From NCBI GenBank assembly GCA_011364975.1, contig RDOE01000016.1:1-54649 (forward strand): a stretch of 54,649 nt of DNA. Direction: 5' to 3'. Position 1 is the first letter of the stretch. Every line of letters begins with the position of its first letter. Position numbers and translations under genes: made by a program. The notes beneath the pieces are model-generated. The model was given only the letters and a program-made list of their open reading frames with translations, was not told where the DNA came from and did no database searches. The DNA comes from Promethearchaeota archaeon. GTDB taxonomy: Archaea > Asgardarchaeota > Lokiarchaeia > Sigyniarchaeales > SOKP01. Shown in pieces: positions 38,903-49,307 of the stretch.

Positions 38903-40000
38903 CTATTTCAGATTCCCATTAAGATATCCTAAAATATATTTTGAATAAAGCGTTTTCCACGTTGCAGGCAAAGAGGACGCAATCGCACAGCCCAAACGGC
39001 AATTATGACAGAAATGATAATTATCATGGTTTTTCATTATCTTTTTTGCCTCATCTGAATGATATATGTCAATTAAGGAATGATTTAAAGCATTAAAGCT
39101 TTTAATAGGATGAATTTTACATGGAAAATCGATGTATCCGTCATATCTCACAAATAAGTAAGCTTCAGCAACGTGACATCTTAAATCTGTTTGAAAATAC
39201 TCTGGATATCCACCAAATCCTCCCTTTTTTACAACTTCAATACTAATGGGATCAGTTAAAATATTCTTAAATTTCTTTCTTAATGATAATATGGTTTCAG
39301 CCCATGTCGAAATGTTGGGAATTAAGGTTTCTACATCTTGAATGAAGTATTTTTGATTTCGAAAATCTCTTATTATGTTTTCACAGGGGAATAATTCTAT
39401 AGAACAATGGTTTTTTTCTGCTAACTCACATATATCTTCAAGTGAATGGATGTTATCTTTCATAACGACTGTACTTAGTATGACTTTTATATTTCTAGAG
39501 TTTGCTAAACTAATCGTTTCCATAACTTTATCAAAAACCTTAATCCCGCGTCTTAAATTATGTAATTTTTGTTTCGGATAATCAAGAGATAGGAGAATAT
39601 AATCTAAACCTTCTAATTTTCCATTTTCCTTAAATAAGTTGGGCATCAGATATCCGTTTGTTGCGATACCATTCATAAAATCGTGCACTACTCCAGTATG
39701 ATAAATTAATTCAGGTAGATCTTTTCTTAAAGTAGGTTCGCCTCCTGTAAATGATAGTGAATTTACTCCTAAATCAGCTATCTGATCAATCAGTGACTTT
39801 ATTTGTGATGTATTCATTTCATTTGATTTTAGGGATTCGGGAATTTTAGGAATGGCGCAAAAAATACAATTTGCATTGCATCTTAATGTTATTTCAATTT
39901 GTGCAGAATAAGGCACTTTTTTATTAGTGAATTTGTTTAAGGTGAAATTTTTAAGATATCGCATCCAGTTTTTAATTCTCATTGGAGGAATGTATTTCAC
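38903..40000 (-). CDS. Radical SAM protein with SPASM/twitch-like C-terminus
   Basis: CNANCIFC, FTGGEPTLR and TNG motifs; C-terminal Cys cluster (CH, PC, CHNCRLGC). Confidence 0.9.
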   Translation of the reverse strand: MKYIPPMRIKNWMRYLKNFTLNKFTNKKVPYSAQIEITLRCNANCIFCAIPKIPESLKSNEMNTSQIKSLIDQIADLGVNSLSFTGGEPTLRKDLPELIYHTGVVHDFMNGIATNGYLMPNLFKENGKLEGLDYILLSLDYPKQKLHNLRRGIKVFDKVMETISLANSRNIKVILSTVVMKDNIHSLEDICELAEKNHCSIELFPCENIIRDFRNQKYFIQDVETLIPNISTWAETILSLRKKFKNILTDPISIEVVKKGGFGGYPEYFQTDLRCHVAEAYLFVRYDGYIDFPCKIHPIKSFNALNHSLIDIYHSDEAKKIMKNHDNYHFCHNCRLGCAIASSLPATWKTLYSKYILGYLNGNLK

Positions 40001-40148
40001 CTATATTTTACTATAGTATATATATAAGAATAAACTTCTCTTTTGGAATATAGGATAAATTATTCTTTTTAGAATTAAAAGGTACTTAACTAAATTTATT
40101 ATTTTTTATTTTAAAAAACTATTTCTTATAAAAAATTTTTTCTAAGAT

Positions 40149-41960
40149 ATGCTAAGGGAAAAGAGCTATGATTTCACTGAAAGGAAAGAATTTTTTTTAA
40201 ACAAACAATATAAAACCCCTCTTAGACAAATTTTATCTTATCTCTGGGACTATAAAAAAATATTTACATTCATTCTAATTCTAAGTATTATTCAATCATT
40301 GCTTTTTCTTACTTTTCCCTTATTTTTAGGTCCAGTTCTCGATATTTTAGTAAATCCAAATATCCCAATTGAAAATGTATATCCTATCTTTTTAACTATT
40401 GTTGTAATTCAAGGTGTGGTAGGGATTCTCTTTGGATTTCAAACTTATATTAATCGTTGGATTGGAGCTAATGTGATCTATAATCTAAGAAATGACTTAT
40501 TCTCTAAGATACAGATTATGTCTTGGTCATGGTTAGATAAGAATAAAACAGGTGAATTAATCTCTCGTACTACTAGCGATGTAAACTTATTAAAAGAGTT
40601 TTTGCAAAATAACTTTCAATTCTTTATACGGCAATGTGCTACATTCATATTTAGTTTTATAGTACTATTTTTAATAAATACTGAGCTGGCAATTTATGTT
40701 ATTATAATATCTCCAGCATTATTTTTTGTTCTTTTTACTTATAGGCGTAAATTGAGACCTGTATTTAAAAAATCTCGAGAAACATACGCAGAATTAACCC
40801 ATAATATCCAAGAAAATGTACAAGGAATTTCGGTTGTTAAATCATTTGGAAGAGAACCCTATGAAATAGACAAATTTACTAGGCAGAATGATGAATATTA
40901 TAAGGATTCCATTGGGATTATAAAATTACAGGCAACCTTTGATCCAATAATTTATTTGCTTGATAACATTGCGTTTTTGATTGTATTACTATTGGGTGGA
41001 TTTCTAGTTCTGCAAACAATAATGACGTTCGGTGATTTATTTGCATTTATTATGGTCCTTAATTTTTCTGTCGAGCCTCTCTATTTTATCGCAAGATTTC
41101 TCGGAAATATGCCTCAAGTAAGTGAAACTAGTGAGAGAGTAACCTATATTTTAAACTCTGAAATGGATGTAAAGGAAAAAGAAAATGCTCTAGAAATGCC
41201 CCCTATCAAGGGATATGTCGAATTCAAAAATGTTTTCTTTAAATTTGATCATGAAAAGGAGTACTATATATTGAAAAATATAAATTTTAAAGTTCAAGCG
41301 GGTGAAAATATAGCAATTTTAGGAGCAACTGGTTCTGGAAAATCTGCCTTAGTAAAACTAATTCCGAGATTCTATGATATTAATGAAGGGGAAATTTTAA
41401 TAGATGGGATTAATATAAAGGATGTGAGCTTTAAATCTTTACGAAAACAAGTTGGATTTGTTTCTCAAGAACGATTATTATTTTCAAAATCAATAAGGGA
41501 TAATATTGCTTTTGGTAAAAAAGAGATTTCTTTTGATGAGATCATAAAGGCAGCGGAAGCGTCTGATATTAAATATTTTATTGAGAATGAATTGCCTAAT
41601 AAATATGAGACGAAAGTGAGTGAAGGGGGTATGTCTGTCTCTGGTGGTCAGAAACAACGAATAGCTATAGCAAGAGCTCTAGCAATTAAGCCTAAAATAT
41701 TGATTCTTGATGATGCGACTTCACATCTTGACGTTGATACAGAATATAGAATTCAAACTCACTTTAAGGAGGTTTTTAAGGACGCTACAACCTTTTTGAT
41801 AACTCAAAGACTTTCTAGCGTGAGAAATGCAGATCGGATAATTGTGCTAGACAATGGAACTATCTCTCAAATAGGCTCACATGAAGAACTGATTTCCCAA
41901 GATGATGGAATCTATAAAAAACTCTATTTAACTTTGAAAGTGGAGGAGCGTGCAAGATAA
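40149..41960 (+). CDS. ABC exporter, fused TMD-NBD, subunit A of a heterodimer (degenerate Walker B/H-loop)
   Basis: GATGSGKS, VSGGQKQR, LDDATS and ITQR motifs. Confidence 0.93.
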   Translation: MLREKSYDFTERKEFFLNKQYKTPLRQILSYLWDYKKIFTFILILSIIQSLLFLTFPLFLGPVLDILVNPNIPIENVYPIFLTIVVIQGVVGILFGFQTYINRWIGANVIYNLRNDLFSKIQIMSWSWLDKNKTGELISRTTSDVNLLKEFLQNNFQFFIRQCATFIFSFIVLFLINTELAIYVIIISPALFFVLFTYRRKLRPVFKKSRETYAELTHNIQENVQGISVVKSFGREPYEIDKFTRQNDEYYKDSIGIIKLQATFDPIIYLLDNIAFLIVLLLGGFLVLQTIMTFGDLFAFIMVLNFSVEPLYFIARFLGNMPQVSETSERVTYILNSEMDVKEKENALEMPPIKGYVEFKNVFFKFDHEKEYYILKNINFKVQAGENIAILGATGSGKSALVKLIPRFYDINEGEILIDGINIKDVSFKSLRKQVGFVSQERLLFSKSIRDNIAFGKKEISFDEIIKAAEASDIKYFIENELPNKYETKVSEGGMSVSGGQKQRIAIARALAIKPKILILDDATSHLDVDTEYRIQTHFKEVFKDATTFLITQRLSSVRNADRIIVLDNGTISQIGSHEELISQDDGIYKKLYLTLKVEERAR

Positions 41961-43870
41961 TGAATAGAAAAAAGCAAACCGAGTCTGATACACAAGAAGA
42001 AGAGGATACCTATAAGGGAGGCATGTTTAAAGTTATAAGGAGATTAATGTCTTATGTTGGGGTTGGAAACAAAAAATTAATCATCGTTTTGATAACTTTA
42101 ATTATTCTGAATGTCTTTTTTAGTTGGTTTACACCGCTCATATTTCGTTCACTGGTAGATGATGGCCTAGGGGGTGGAATTGGAGCTACTGAAGGTAATA
42201 TTGAAATCGTAATATTCTTAGGAACTATATTTTTTATCATGACTATCTCTGGAGTAGTCACAAGAATTGCTCAAGGATATATTATTTCTAAGCTCGCCAC
42301 TTTAACTATGTATAATTTACGATATGAATTATTTAATAAATTTCAACACTTAGGATTAAATTATCATGAAAATCCTAGAAGAACTACGGGAAAAAAAATA
42401 AATTATCTTACTGGCGATGTAAATACAATTCAAGAGTTAATTCAATCGGGGCTTTTGGTATCTGTAAGTAACTTTTTCCTTATTTTTGGTTCTCTTTTCT
42501 TTATGATTCTATTAAGTCCTGCTTTAACATTTATTTCATTTATGATAGTCCCGATTTTTTTTGGTATTGCTGGAATTTTGTTCATTAAGGCAAGAAAATA
42601 TTTTAAAGAATTGAGAGAAAGGGTCGCTACGGTAACTAGTACATTAGATGAATCTATTATGGGAATGAGGATAATACAATCATTTGCAGTAGAAGATGAG
42701 AATTATAGTGAATTTAATACGGCAACTGAAAATGAAAGGAAGTCCACCATGAAAGCTGCGAAACTTCTTGCTTTCATGCCTGCAGTTATAATATTTTTGA
42801 TTACTCTTGGATTTGGCTCTTTATTTGTTGCTTCAGGTTTTCTAATTCGTTCGGGGCTTCTAACTCAAGGGACATTAGTTGCTTTCATTTTTTATCTGTT
42901 TACATTTTTTGAACCACTATTTTCATTAATAGGATTTTTTACCCTCCTCCAAAATTCTGTTGCAGCAGGAGCAAGAATTATCAGATTACTCGAAGAAGAA
43001 ATCTTAATTAAGGACAAAGAAGATGGATTAGAAATCAGCAATGTAAAAGGTATTATTCAATATAATACAGTTAATTTTTCATATGAAAAAGATCTCCCAG
43101 TGTTAAAAAACATTAATTTAACCATCAAAGAAAAGGAAAGGTTAGCACTGGTAGGGTATACAGGAGCAGGGAAAAGCACATTCATAAAATTATTAAGTAG
43201 ATTTTATGATCCTACTGAGGGAGAGGTACTTCTTGATGGGATAAATTTAAAAAATTTAAAACTTAAAAACTTAAGAAGTCAGTTAGGAATTGTCCTTCAA
43301 GATAACTTTTTATTCTCAGGTACAGTACGAGAGAATATCAGGTATGGAAAGTTAAATGCAACTAATGAAGAAGTCATTGAAGCTGCAAAAAGTGTAAATG
43401 CTCACAACTTTATAAAAGAACTTGAAGAAGGATATGATACAATAGTGGGAGAAAAAGGAAGTAGGCTATCTGAAGGTCAACGCCAATTGATTGCTTTTGC
43501 TAGAACTTTAATTTCTAATCCTCCTATTCTTATCTTAGACGAAGCTACTTCATCAATTGATCCTTATAGTGAACTCTTAATCCAACAAGCCTTAGAAACT
43601 CTTTTAAAAGGGCGTACCAGCATTTCAATTGCACATAGATTATCTACGATTATAAATTCAGATAGGATTATCGTATTAGATAAAGGGAGAATAATTGAAG
43701 AAGGGTCTCATAAAGAGCTTATAAAAAAAGATGGATTCTATAATCATTTATACAAGATGCAATTTAAAGATCCATTTAAAAAGGATAATATAATTGATGA
43801 AGAGATTCCCATTATTCAAGATAATAGAGACTATTTCGATAAAGAGGATCGATTTTCTAGACTTTTTTAA
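41960..43870 (+). CDS. ABC exporter, fused TMD-NBD, subunit B of a heterodimer
   Basis: GYTGAGKS, LSEGQRQ, LDEATS and IAHR motifs; TAATG stop/start overlap. Confidence 0.93.
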   Translation: MNRKKQTESDTQEEEDTYKGGMFKVIRRLMSYVGVGNKKLIIVLITLIILNVFFSWFTPLIFRSLVDDGLGGGIGATEGNIEIVIFLGTIFFIMTISGVVTRIAQGYIISKLATLTMYNLRYELFNKFQHLGLNYHENPRRTTGKKINYLTGDVNTIQELIQSGLLVSVSNFFLIFGSLFFMILLSPALTFISFMIVPIFFGIAGILFIKARKYFKELRERVATVTSTLDESIMGMRIIQSFAVEDENYSEFNTATENERKSTMKAAKLLAFMPAVIIFLITLGFGSLFVASGFLIRSGLLTQGTLVAFIFYLFTFFEPLFSLIGFFTLLQNSVAAGARIIRLLEEEILIKDKEDGLEISNVKGIIQYNTVNFSYEKDLPVLKNINLTIKEKERLALVGYTGAGKSTFIKLLSRFYDPTEGEVLLDGINLKNLKLKNLRSQLGIVLQDNFLFSGTVRENIRYGKLNATNEEVIEAAKSVNAHNFIKELEEGYDTIVGEKGSRLSEGQRQLIAFARTLISNPPILILDEATSSIDPYSELLIQQALETLLKGRTSISIAHRLSTIINSDRIIVLDKGRIIEEGSHKELIKKDGFYNHLYKMQFKDPFKKDNIIDEEIPIIQDNRDYFDKEDRFSRLF

Positions 43871-43889
43871 AAAAAAATAAAAAAAATGT

Positions 43890-44255
43890 TTAAGTTTCGG
43901 CACCACACTTTTTGCAAATATATCTTTTAGCAAAAATCTTCATTCCACCTTGCTGAAATAATACTTGTGATTTATCTTCTTCCGTACGGAATTCAGTACC
44001 ACCACAATCTGGACAAACTCTTCTTCCCTCAATAGGAGGTCTTTCTAATGCTTTTTCAGCTTCTTCTTGTCGCTCTACTACTGCAGAAGGTTTTACATAT
44101 CCTTGTTCACTTGGAATAGATTCGCTTCTTGCTTCATTATTAATTGAACTATTAATACTTAACAACATATCTAGTTTCTGGTTTATTTTCACAAGTAAAC
44201 TTAGGATTTTTTCTTCAAATTCAGTCAATTTATTGTCTCCTTTTGATTTTAGCAA
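43890..44255 (-). CDS. Small protein with short coiled coil and C-terminal zinc ribbon
   Basis: EGRRVCPDCG...DKS...YICKKCG, similar to the gelsolin C-terminal domain. Confidence 0.75.
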   Translation of the reverse strand: MLKSKGDNKLTEFEEKILSLLVKINQKLDMLLSINSSINNEARSESIPSEQGYVKPSAVVERQEEAEKALERPPIEGRRVCPDCGGTEFRTEEDKSQVLFQQGGMKIFAKRYICKKCGAET

Positions 44256-44365
44256 AACAAACTACATATCTAATTGATCTAATTATCTTTTTAAATATTT
44301 TTGTAAAAGGAAAAATTTGCGTCTTCAGGATAAAAATCACTAAATTGAAGAATATAAATCAATAT

Positions 44366-44659
44366 TTAACTAACCATTGGAGGTTTAAGATTTTTTTTTG
44401 GTTTTGCATTTGAATCAAAATGTTTATTTGCGTGGTGAATGGAGATACCTAAGCCAATAAAATATAAAGAAAAAATCAACCAAAAAATCCAAAATGTAAA
44501 ACTTAGCACAAAAAATGATGAATTTGATATTCCTAAGGGCAATGCAAAAAAAATAATTCCTGAAATTGATATTAATGAGGAGATAATGCCACAAATACAA
44601 TCTACATATACAGCGATGCGCTGATTTCTGATTTCATCGTTTTTAGGCAAAATTTTCAC
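44366..44659 (-). CDS. Small two-TM membrane protein
   Basis: Two hydrophobic segments; GTG start preceded by GGA. Confidence 0.55.
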   Translation of the reverse strand: MKILPKNDEIRNQRIAVYVDCICGIISSLISISGIIFFALPLGISNSSFFVLSFTFWIFWLIFSLYFIGLGISIHHANKHFDSNAKPKKNLKPPMVS

Positions 44660-44821
44660 TCCTTTTCCATAAAAGATTGCACAGTATCTTAATTTATTGA
44701 TAAAAGATTTTTTTTAAATATTTATCTAAAACGAAATTATTATTCGGTAATAAATAAATGTCTAGTTTAAAAATTCTTTAAAATTTTCTTTAGTTGCTTA
44801 ACTATTAGAAATTTTGCTTTT

Positions 44822-47155
44822 TCAATTCCGTTCTTTAACAGGAGTAAAAATTTTAAAGAAATCGCGTTTGATTTTTACATTACCTGTAAATTTAAGGATG
44901 ATTTTATTACCTGATAAACCTGTTGCATATAGATTATATCCATTTCCAAAACCATTGAAGGCAATTATCTCACCATTATTTAAATTTGAGTCTAGTTTAG
45001 ATTTGTCTTTAATCCTAAGATATGTTCCTGATTTTAAATCGTCAAGAGTTCTAATGTTATGAATACTAGAGAAGGAAAAGGACCCTGCATAATTTTCTGT
45101 AATATAATCATATAATTGAAGTAAAGGTTTTTTTTTCAATCTTATTATCTCCCCTTTAATTCCACGCTTTGCAATTAATAATGCTGCGATAGCATGATCT
45201 ACAAAACCCTTTGCTTTCACTTCATTTATTAAATTACCTTTTTGTAAGTGAAATATTGCTTCTTTTGTTGTTTTATATTCATCAATTAAATAAATATTAG
45301 GAGGTGAAAAATTAAAGGTTGTAATTCGATTGTCTTCTTTTTCAAGATCAGAGCCATTAGATGTATATAGGCTATTAATCATTTTCAGTTCATTTGGAAT
45401 TTGATAATATTCTATCAAGAAGTTAAGAATAAATTCTGATCCAGGACCATTGCCAATAAATATTTTGCTTAGCAATTCTTTATTATCCCCTAAAAAGATA
45501 TTTAGTTCTCGCTCAATTTGCTTTTTAGCAGAATTATGAGATTTTTTATCATCAATACCTTTTTTAAGATTTATATACCACAATGAAGGTAATTCTCCAC
45601 CTTCTATTAAGCAGAAACCAAAATGCCGAGTACCTGGATCTATAGATAGTACCTTTTCATCATAATCAAATTTGAAAAGAGTAATTTCAGCTTTTCCCTG
45701 AGAGATTTTCATTAAAGAATTGAAAAATTCTTCGAAGCTCTCATTTTTAATTTGTAAAAAAAATTTATCATTCTTTGGTTTAAAGAGAACATCGATATTA
45801 TATTTTTCAATCAAAGGAACAATGTCATAAAAATTTTCAATTTTAACGATGATATCTTGATAAGGGATTATTTTTATAACTTTTGCTTTTTCAATTGCCT
45901 TAGTTATTGCTTGTGCAATATCATCTTCATTTTTTCCAGAAATAATATCTACATGCAAACCATCTAAATGAAAAGCTTCATACGCTGCGGAAGTTCCTAA
46001 TAGATCAAATAATTTTGTTTTGTTCTTCCCATCCCTCGTGATAGTTAATGCTTTTTTAAAGCGAGGAAAGATACGAACATTAGCGGAATTATGTGATCCT
46101 CTACTAATTTTGTTGATTGTTAAGATTCCTTTTATTTGTGATCCTATAACTTTAAAATCAATCAAATTTACTAGATTTGATTTAATAAATTCAAATTGTA
46201 AATCCCCTTGTACTAATATATTTATAATATTTGACTCTGTATAGAAATCAAAAGAAGAAATTATCTTTTTTAGATTTTCTAATATATCAATTGCAAGTTT
46301 AAACATATATGCATCTTCAATTTTGATGTAAAATTCTTTTCTCGGATGAATCTCGGCTAGTAATCCTTCAATTTTAGGAGGGATAAAATTACCTTGAGTA
46401 TACTTAGTACCTAAATCAAATTTTTTTTCCACGTTCAATAAAACACTTACAATATCACCTTCGTTAGCGCTATCTAGAGGTTTTCCAAGTAATGAAAAGA
46501 TTTGCCGCACTTTAATAATGTTTGAAAGATATTGGTTTATATAGATCTTTCCTGAGGATATGCCAATGTTTATGGTTTCTCCGAAACCCTTTCTATAGTC
46601 ATAACCTAGGATAATAAATTTAAGATCATTGTCGTTAGCATTTCTCTGCTTTTTAAAGAGTGAAATTTTGTCAAGTAATTCAATAATTCCAAAGCCCTCT
46701 TTAGCTGAAGTTTCAACAATCGAAATTTGGTCTTGAGTTATTTTCTGAAGTTCATTTTTTATTTTAGAAATCTTTGCGAGTTCTAAATCCATTTTAGTTG
46801 CCGCAATCACAATTGGTATCTTCTTTTTTATTGCGGCATCAAATAACCAATAACTACGCGCCTGAAAACCATCTTTCCCCGATATTACTAGAAGTAAGAT
46901 ATCTGCAAAATCGAGACCAAGTGCTGGACCACCTCTAAAATCATCATGACCGGGACTATCTAATAAATTTAAAAGAATATCCTTTTCCTTTAAATAAAAT
47001 TGATTAACTTTTAATGAAACTGTTGTTCCTCTTGATAATTCAAAATCTAGAATATCAGGAAATTTACCAACAATAGCTTCTATCAGACTACTTTTCCCAT
47101 GTTGGGCATGACCAGCTACTAATACATTCAGAATTGGGGAATTAGATTTTGACAT
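44822..47155 (-). CDS. EF-G/EF-2-like translational GTPase fused to a YqgF/RuvC-like RNase H-fold domain
   Basis: G1 GHAQHGKSS, G2 ELSRGTT, G3 DSPGH, G4 TKMD, G5 SAKEG; QGDLQFEFI (domain III-like); LMKISQGKA (domain V-like); then VLSIDPG (D506), IGNG, IDEYKTT (D625/E626) and VDHAIAA (D653). Confidence 0.8.
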   Translation of the reverse strand: MSKSNSPILNVLVAGHAQHGKSSLIEAIVGKFPDILDFELSRGTTVSLKVNQFYLKEKDILLNLLDSPGHDDFRGGPALGLDFADILLLVISGKDGFQARSYWLFDAAIKKKIPIVIAATKMDLELAKISKIKNELQKITQDQISIVETSAKEGFGIIELLDKISLFKKQRNANDNDLKFIILGYDYRKGFGETINIGISSGKIYINQYLSNIIKVRQIFSLLGKPLDSANEGDIVSVLLNVEKKFDLGTKYTQGNFIPPKIEGLLAEIHPRKEFYIKIEDAYMFKLAIDILENLKKIISSFDFYTESNIINILVQGDLQFEFIKSNLVNLIDFKVIGSQIKGILTINKISRGSHNSANVRIFPRFKKALTITRDGKNKTKLFDLLGTSAAYEAFHLDGLHVDIISGKNEDDIAQAITKAIEKAKVIKIIPYQDIIVKIENFYDIVPLIEKYNIDVLFKPKNDKFFLQIKNESFEEFFNSLMKISQGKAEITLFKFDYDEKVLSIDPGTRHFGFCLIEGGELPSLWYINLKKGIDDKKSHNSAKKQIERELNIFLGDNKELLSKIFIGNGPGSEFILNFLIEYYQIPNELKMINSLYTSNGSDLEKEDNRITTFNFSPPNIYLIDEYKTTKEAIFHLQKGNLINEVKAKGFVDHAIAALLIAKRGIKGEIIRLKKKPLLQLYDYITENYAGSFSFSSIHNIRTLDDLKSGTYLRIKDKSKLDSNLNNGEIIAFNGFGNGYNLYATGLSGNKIILKFTGNVKIKRDFFKIFTPVKERN

Positions 47156-47175
47156 GAAATAACCAACTTTTTTAT

Positions 47176-47631
47176 TCAGATTTGTCTCCTAAAACCTTCT
47201 AAACTTTCTAAATAATCTAAAACAGATTCTCTAATTTCAATGGCAGGGAATATCAATCTAACATTATTCACATAACTTAATGCATCGTTCCAAGACCATT
47301 TAGGGTTTTCCTTAAGTAACCAAGCAATAATCAATCCACCACTCCTTGATATCCCCATTGCACAATGTACTAGCACCTTCCCTCTTTTAGTATGAATATC
47401 CAAGAATTCTAGGATCTCTTTAATATAATTTTGAGGTGGATAGGTATCATCTGGAAAACCTTTATGTAAATAATGATAACCTTTAGGAAGAGGATCATAG
47501 AGACTTTCCTCCATCAGATTCACAATTGCGGTTATTCCTTCTTTCTCAATCTTTTTAAAATTCAGCTGTGGCCAATACGCTCCAATATAAAGATTATCTT
47601 GTATCTTGTATATGTCGTCTAAATCTACCAT
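47176..47631 (-). CDS. Dual-specificity protein phosphatase
   Basis: NLYIG, GITAIVNL, FPDD and VLVHCAMGISRS (CX5R) motifs. Confidence 0.92.
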   Translation of the reverse strand: MVDLDDIYKIQDNLYIGAYWPQLNFKKIEKEGITAIVNLMEESLYDPLPKGYHYLHKGFPDDTYPPQNYIKEILEFLDIHTKRGKVLVHCAMGISRSGGLIIAWLLKENPKWSWNDALSYVNNVRLIFPAIEIRESVLDYLESLEGFRRQI

Positions 47632-47670
47632 AATAAAAACCTATATATTAAAAAATTTTCGCATAAAAAG

Positions 47671-48213
47671 TCAGTGTCTCCATAAATTTTTAACTTTTTT
47701 TAGGGATACTAATAATGACGTGAGAATTCCAGTAAATAATACAATTATAGATTGCGAAACAGATTTACAAATAAAAAAAACACATTCATAAAAAGGAAAA
47801 TGTAGATATATTTTTATAACATAAATCCATAGGGCATAAATAAAACTCATAATTATCATTAAAATTAGCGATGTTTCCTTCCGTTTAAGAATATAAAAGC
47901 AGGAAATTACAGTCCCAATATGAAATGCAGCAAAAAAGAAATTTAAATCGTATATATCTTGTAAAAACGCAAATAGGTATATAAAAGTTAAAGGTTTTGT
48001 AAGGCTATTTAATATAAAATGATTGTATTGAACTGTGATGGTAGATATTGTAAGAGCATAAACAGATATTAAAAAAGGGACTGGTAAGTTAACAATAAAA
48101 CTCCCAATTATAAATATTATCATTACACAGCAATATAACAGGGGAATAATGCATTTTTTACGATTATTTCCTGTGATTTTTATTCTTTTTCTATTTTTTT
48201 CCTGTAAAAGCAA
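47671..48213 (-). CDS. Multi-pass membrane protein (start uncertain)
   Basis: Several hydrophobic segments; the TTG start overlaps the upstream gene. Confidence 0.45.
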   Translation of the reverse strand: MLLQEKNRKRIKITGNNRKKCIIPLLYCCVMIIFIIGSFIVNLPVPFLISVYALTISTITVQYNHFILNSLTKPLTFIYLFAFLQDIYDLNFFFAAFHIGTVISCFYILKRKETSLILMIIMSFIYALWIYVIKIYLHFPFYECVFFICKSVSQSIIVLFTGILTSLLVSLKKVKNLWRH

Positions 48214-48830
48214 AAAAACCTCCCTGTCTTTTTTTGATATTTTAGATATTCTTCTCCAAAATGCTGAATTAATAATTCTTCCTCAAGAATTGTCTGGGTA
48301 TATAGTCCTATTGCCCCAAAAAAGTATAAAATCAATAGAGACCAATCCTGTATTAAAAAAATAAAGCCAATTGATATAATATTAAAACATAAATAGATCG
48401 GGTGTCGTATCTTACTGTAAATACCTGAAGTTACTAATTTTTTTTTTATTTTCCAGTTATCTATAGGATAAGCCCAATTATTTCCAAGCGTCTTATAAGA
48501 AATAAAAAGTGTTATATCACCCAAAAGTGTAATTAAAAAGCCAATTATCCTTAAATATATAAAGTTATTAAAAAAGTCCAATCGTAATATACTTACTACA
48601 ATAAATTCATAAATAAATATGTCTAAGCAGCAGAGAATTAGAAGAAGATTTAGAGAGAGAATTCCAATTACTGCTAGAATTCTTTTTGTGTTTTTAGAAT
48701 TAGATTTACCCTCTTCTCTCACTACATTTTTTTTCCCTTTTCGTTTATTACAAAGAACATAAATCACATTAAAAACGAAAAAGAAAAAATCAATACCAAT
48801 TAAAATTTTGATAATAAAGAAATCTAACAT
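48180..48830 (-). CDS. ICMT/PEMT family membrane methyltransferase
   Basis: LGNNW...LVTSGIYSKIRHPIY and EEELLIQHFGEEYLKY motifs. Confidence 0.88.
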   Translation of the reverse strand: MLDFFIIKILIGIDFFFFVFNVIYVLCNKRKGKKNVVREEGKSNSKNTKRILAVIGILSLNLLLILCCLDIFIYEFIVVSILRLDFFNNFIYLRIIGFLITLLGDITLFISYKTLGNNWAYPIDNWKIKKKLVTSGIYSKIRHPIYLCFNIISIGFIFLIQDWSLLILYFFGAIGLYTQTILEEELLIQHFGEEYLKYQKKTGRFFCFYRKKIEKE

Positions 48831-48892
48831 AGAAAATTTGGAATGAATTATTAAGAATTTTTATAAAATTAAATAAAAAAATATCCTCCTAT

Positions 48893-49270
48893 TCAAGGCT
48901 CGCTTAAATCTCGACTTGCGATTATATTTGCGCCTAAATCTAAAATGTTTTCAATTAAGAGATCCCCCATTTTAATGGGCGTCTTAACTTTAGTTTTAGC
49001 AATGATTTTTAATACCTCGCTAAGTTTTTCCTTCAGAATAGGAACATCAGTTCTTACTGGAATTAAAGGTAAAAATCCATTTTCTACCCGAATAGTTGTG
49101 GTTAAAATTCGTTTAGGTTCATAGAATTCTTGCTCAGCATATTCTAACCCTCTTTTACAAGTATATCCATCAAAACTTACTTTGTCATCAGCTCCTTTTA
49201 TCGCTTTTATTTCACAACCAGTGGGACATACGATGCATCTAATTACTTTTACTATACTACTTTCTGCCAT
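48893..49270 (-). CDS. DUF1667 (CxxC) protein, third gene of a G3PDH-like cluster
   Basis: CIVCPTGC...CKRGLEYA...PKRILTTT motifs. Confidence 0.88.
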   Translation of the reverse strand: MAESSIVKVIRCIVCPTGCEIKAIKGADDKVSFDGYTCKRGLEYAEQEFYEPKRILTTTIRVENGFLPLIPVRTDVPILKEKLSEVLKIIAKTKVKTPIKMGDLLIENILDLGANIIASRDLSEP

Positions 49271-49307
49271 ACTTATCCAACCTTATTAATCCTCCTCAAT
49301 TAAAACC

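Noticed and set aside
44822-47155. SelB/eEFSec assignment for the GTPase, prompted by selD in the same window
   Set aside because: Post-G-domain motifs look EF-G-like and a nuclease-like domain follows; not SelB architecture.
48180-48830. Protein prenylation pathway inferred from the ICMT-family gene plus the Rab-like domain
   Set aside because: The ICMT/PEMT family is widespread in prokaryotes, and the Rab-like domain has no C-terminal CaaX/CC motif.
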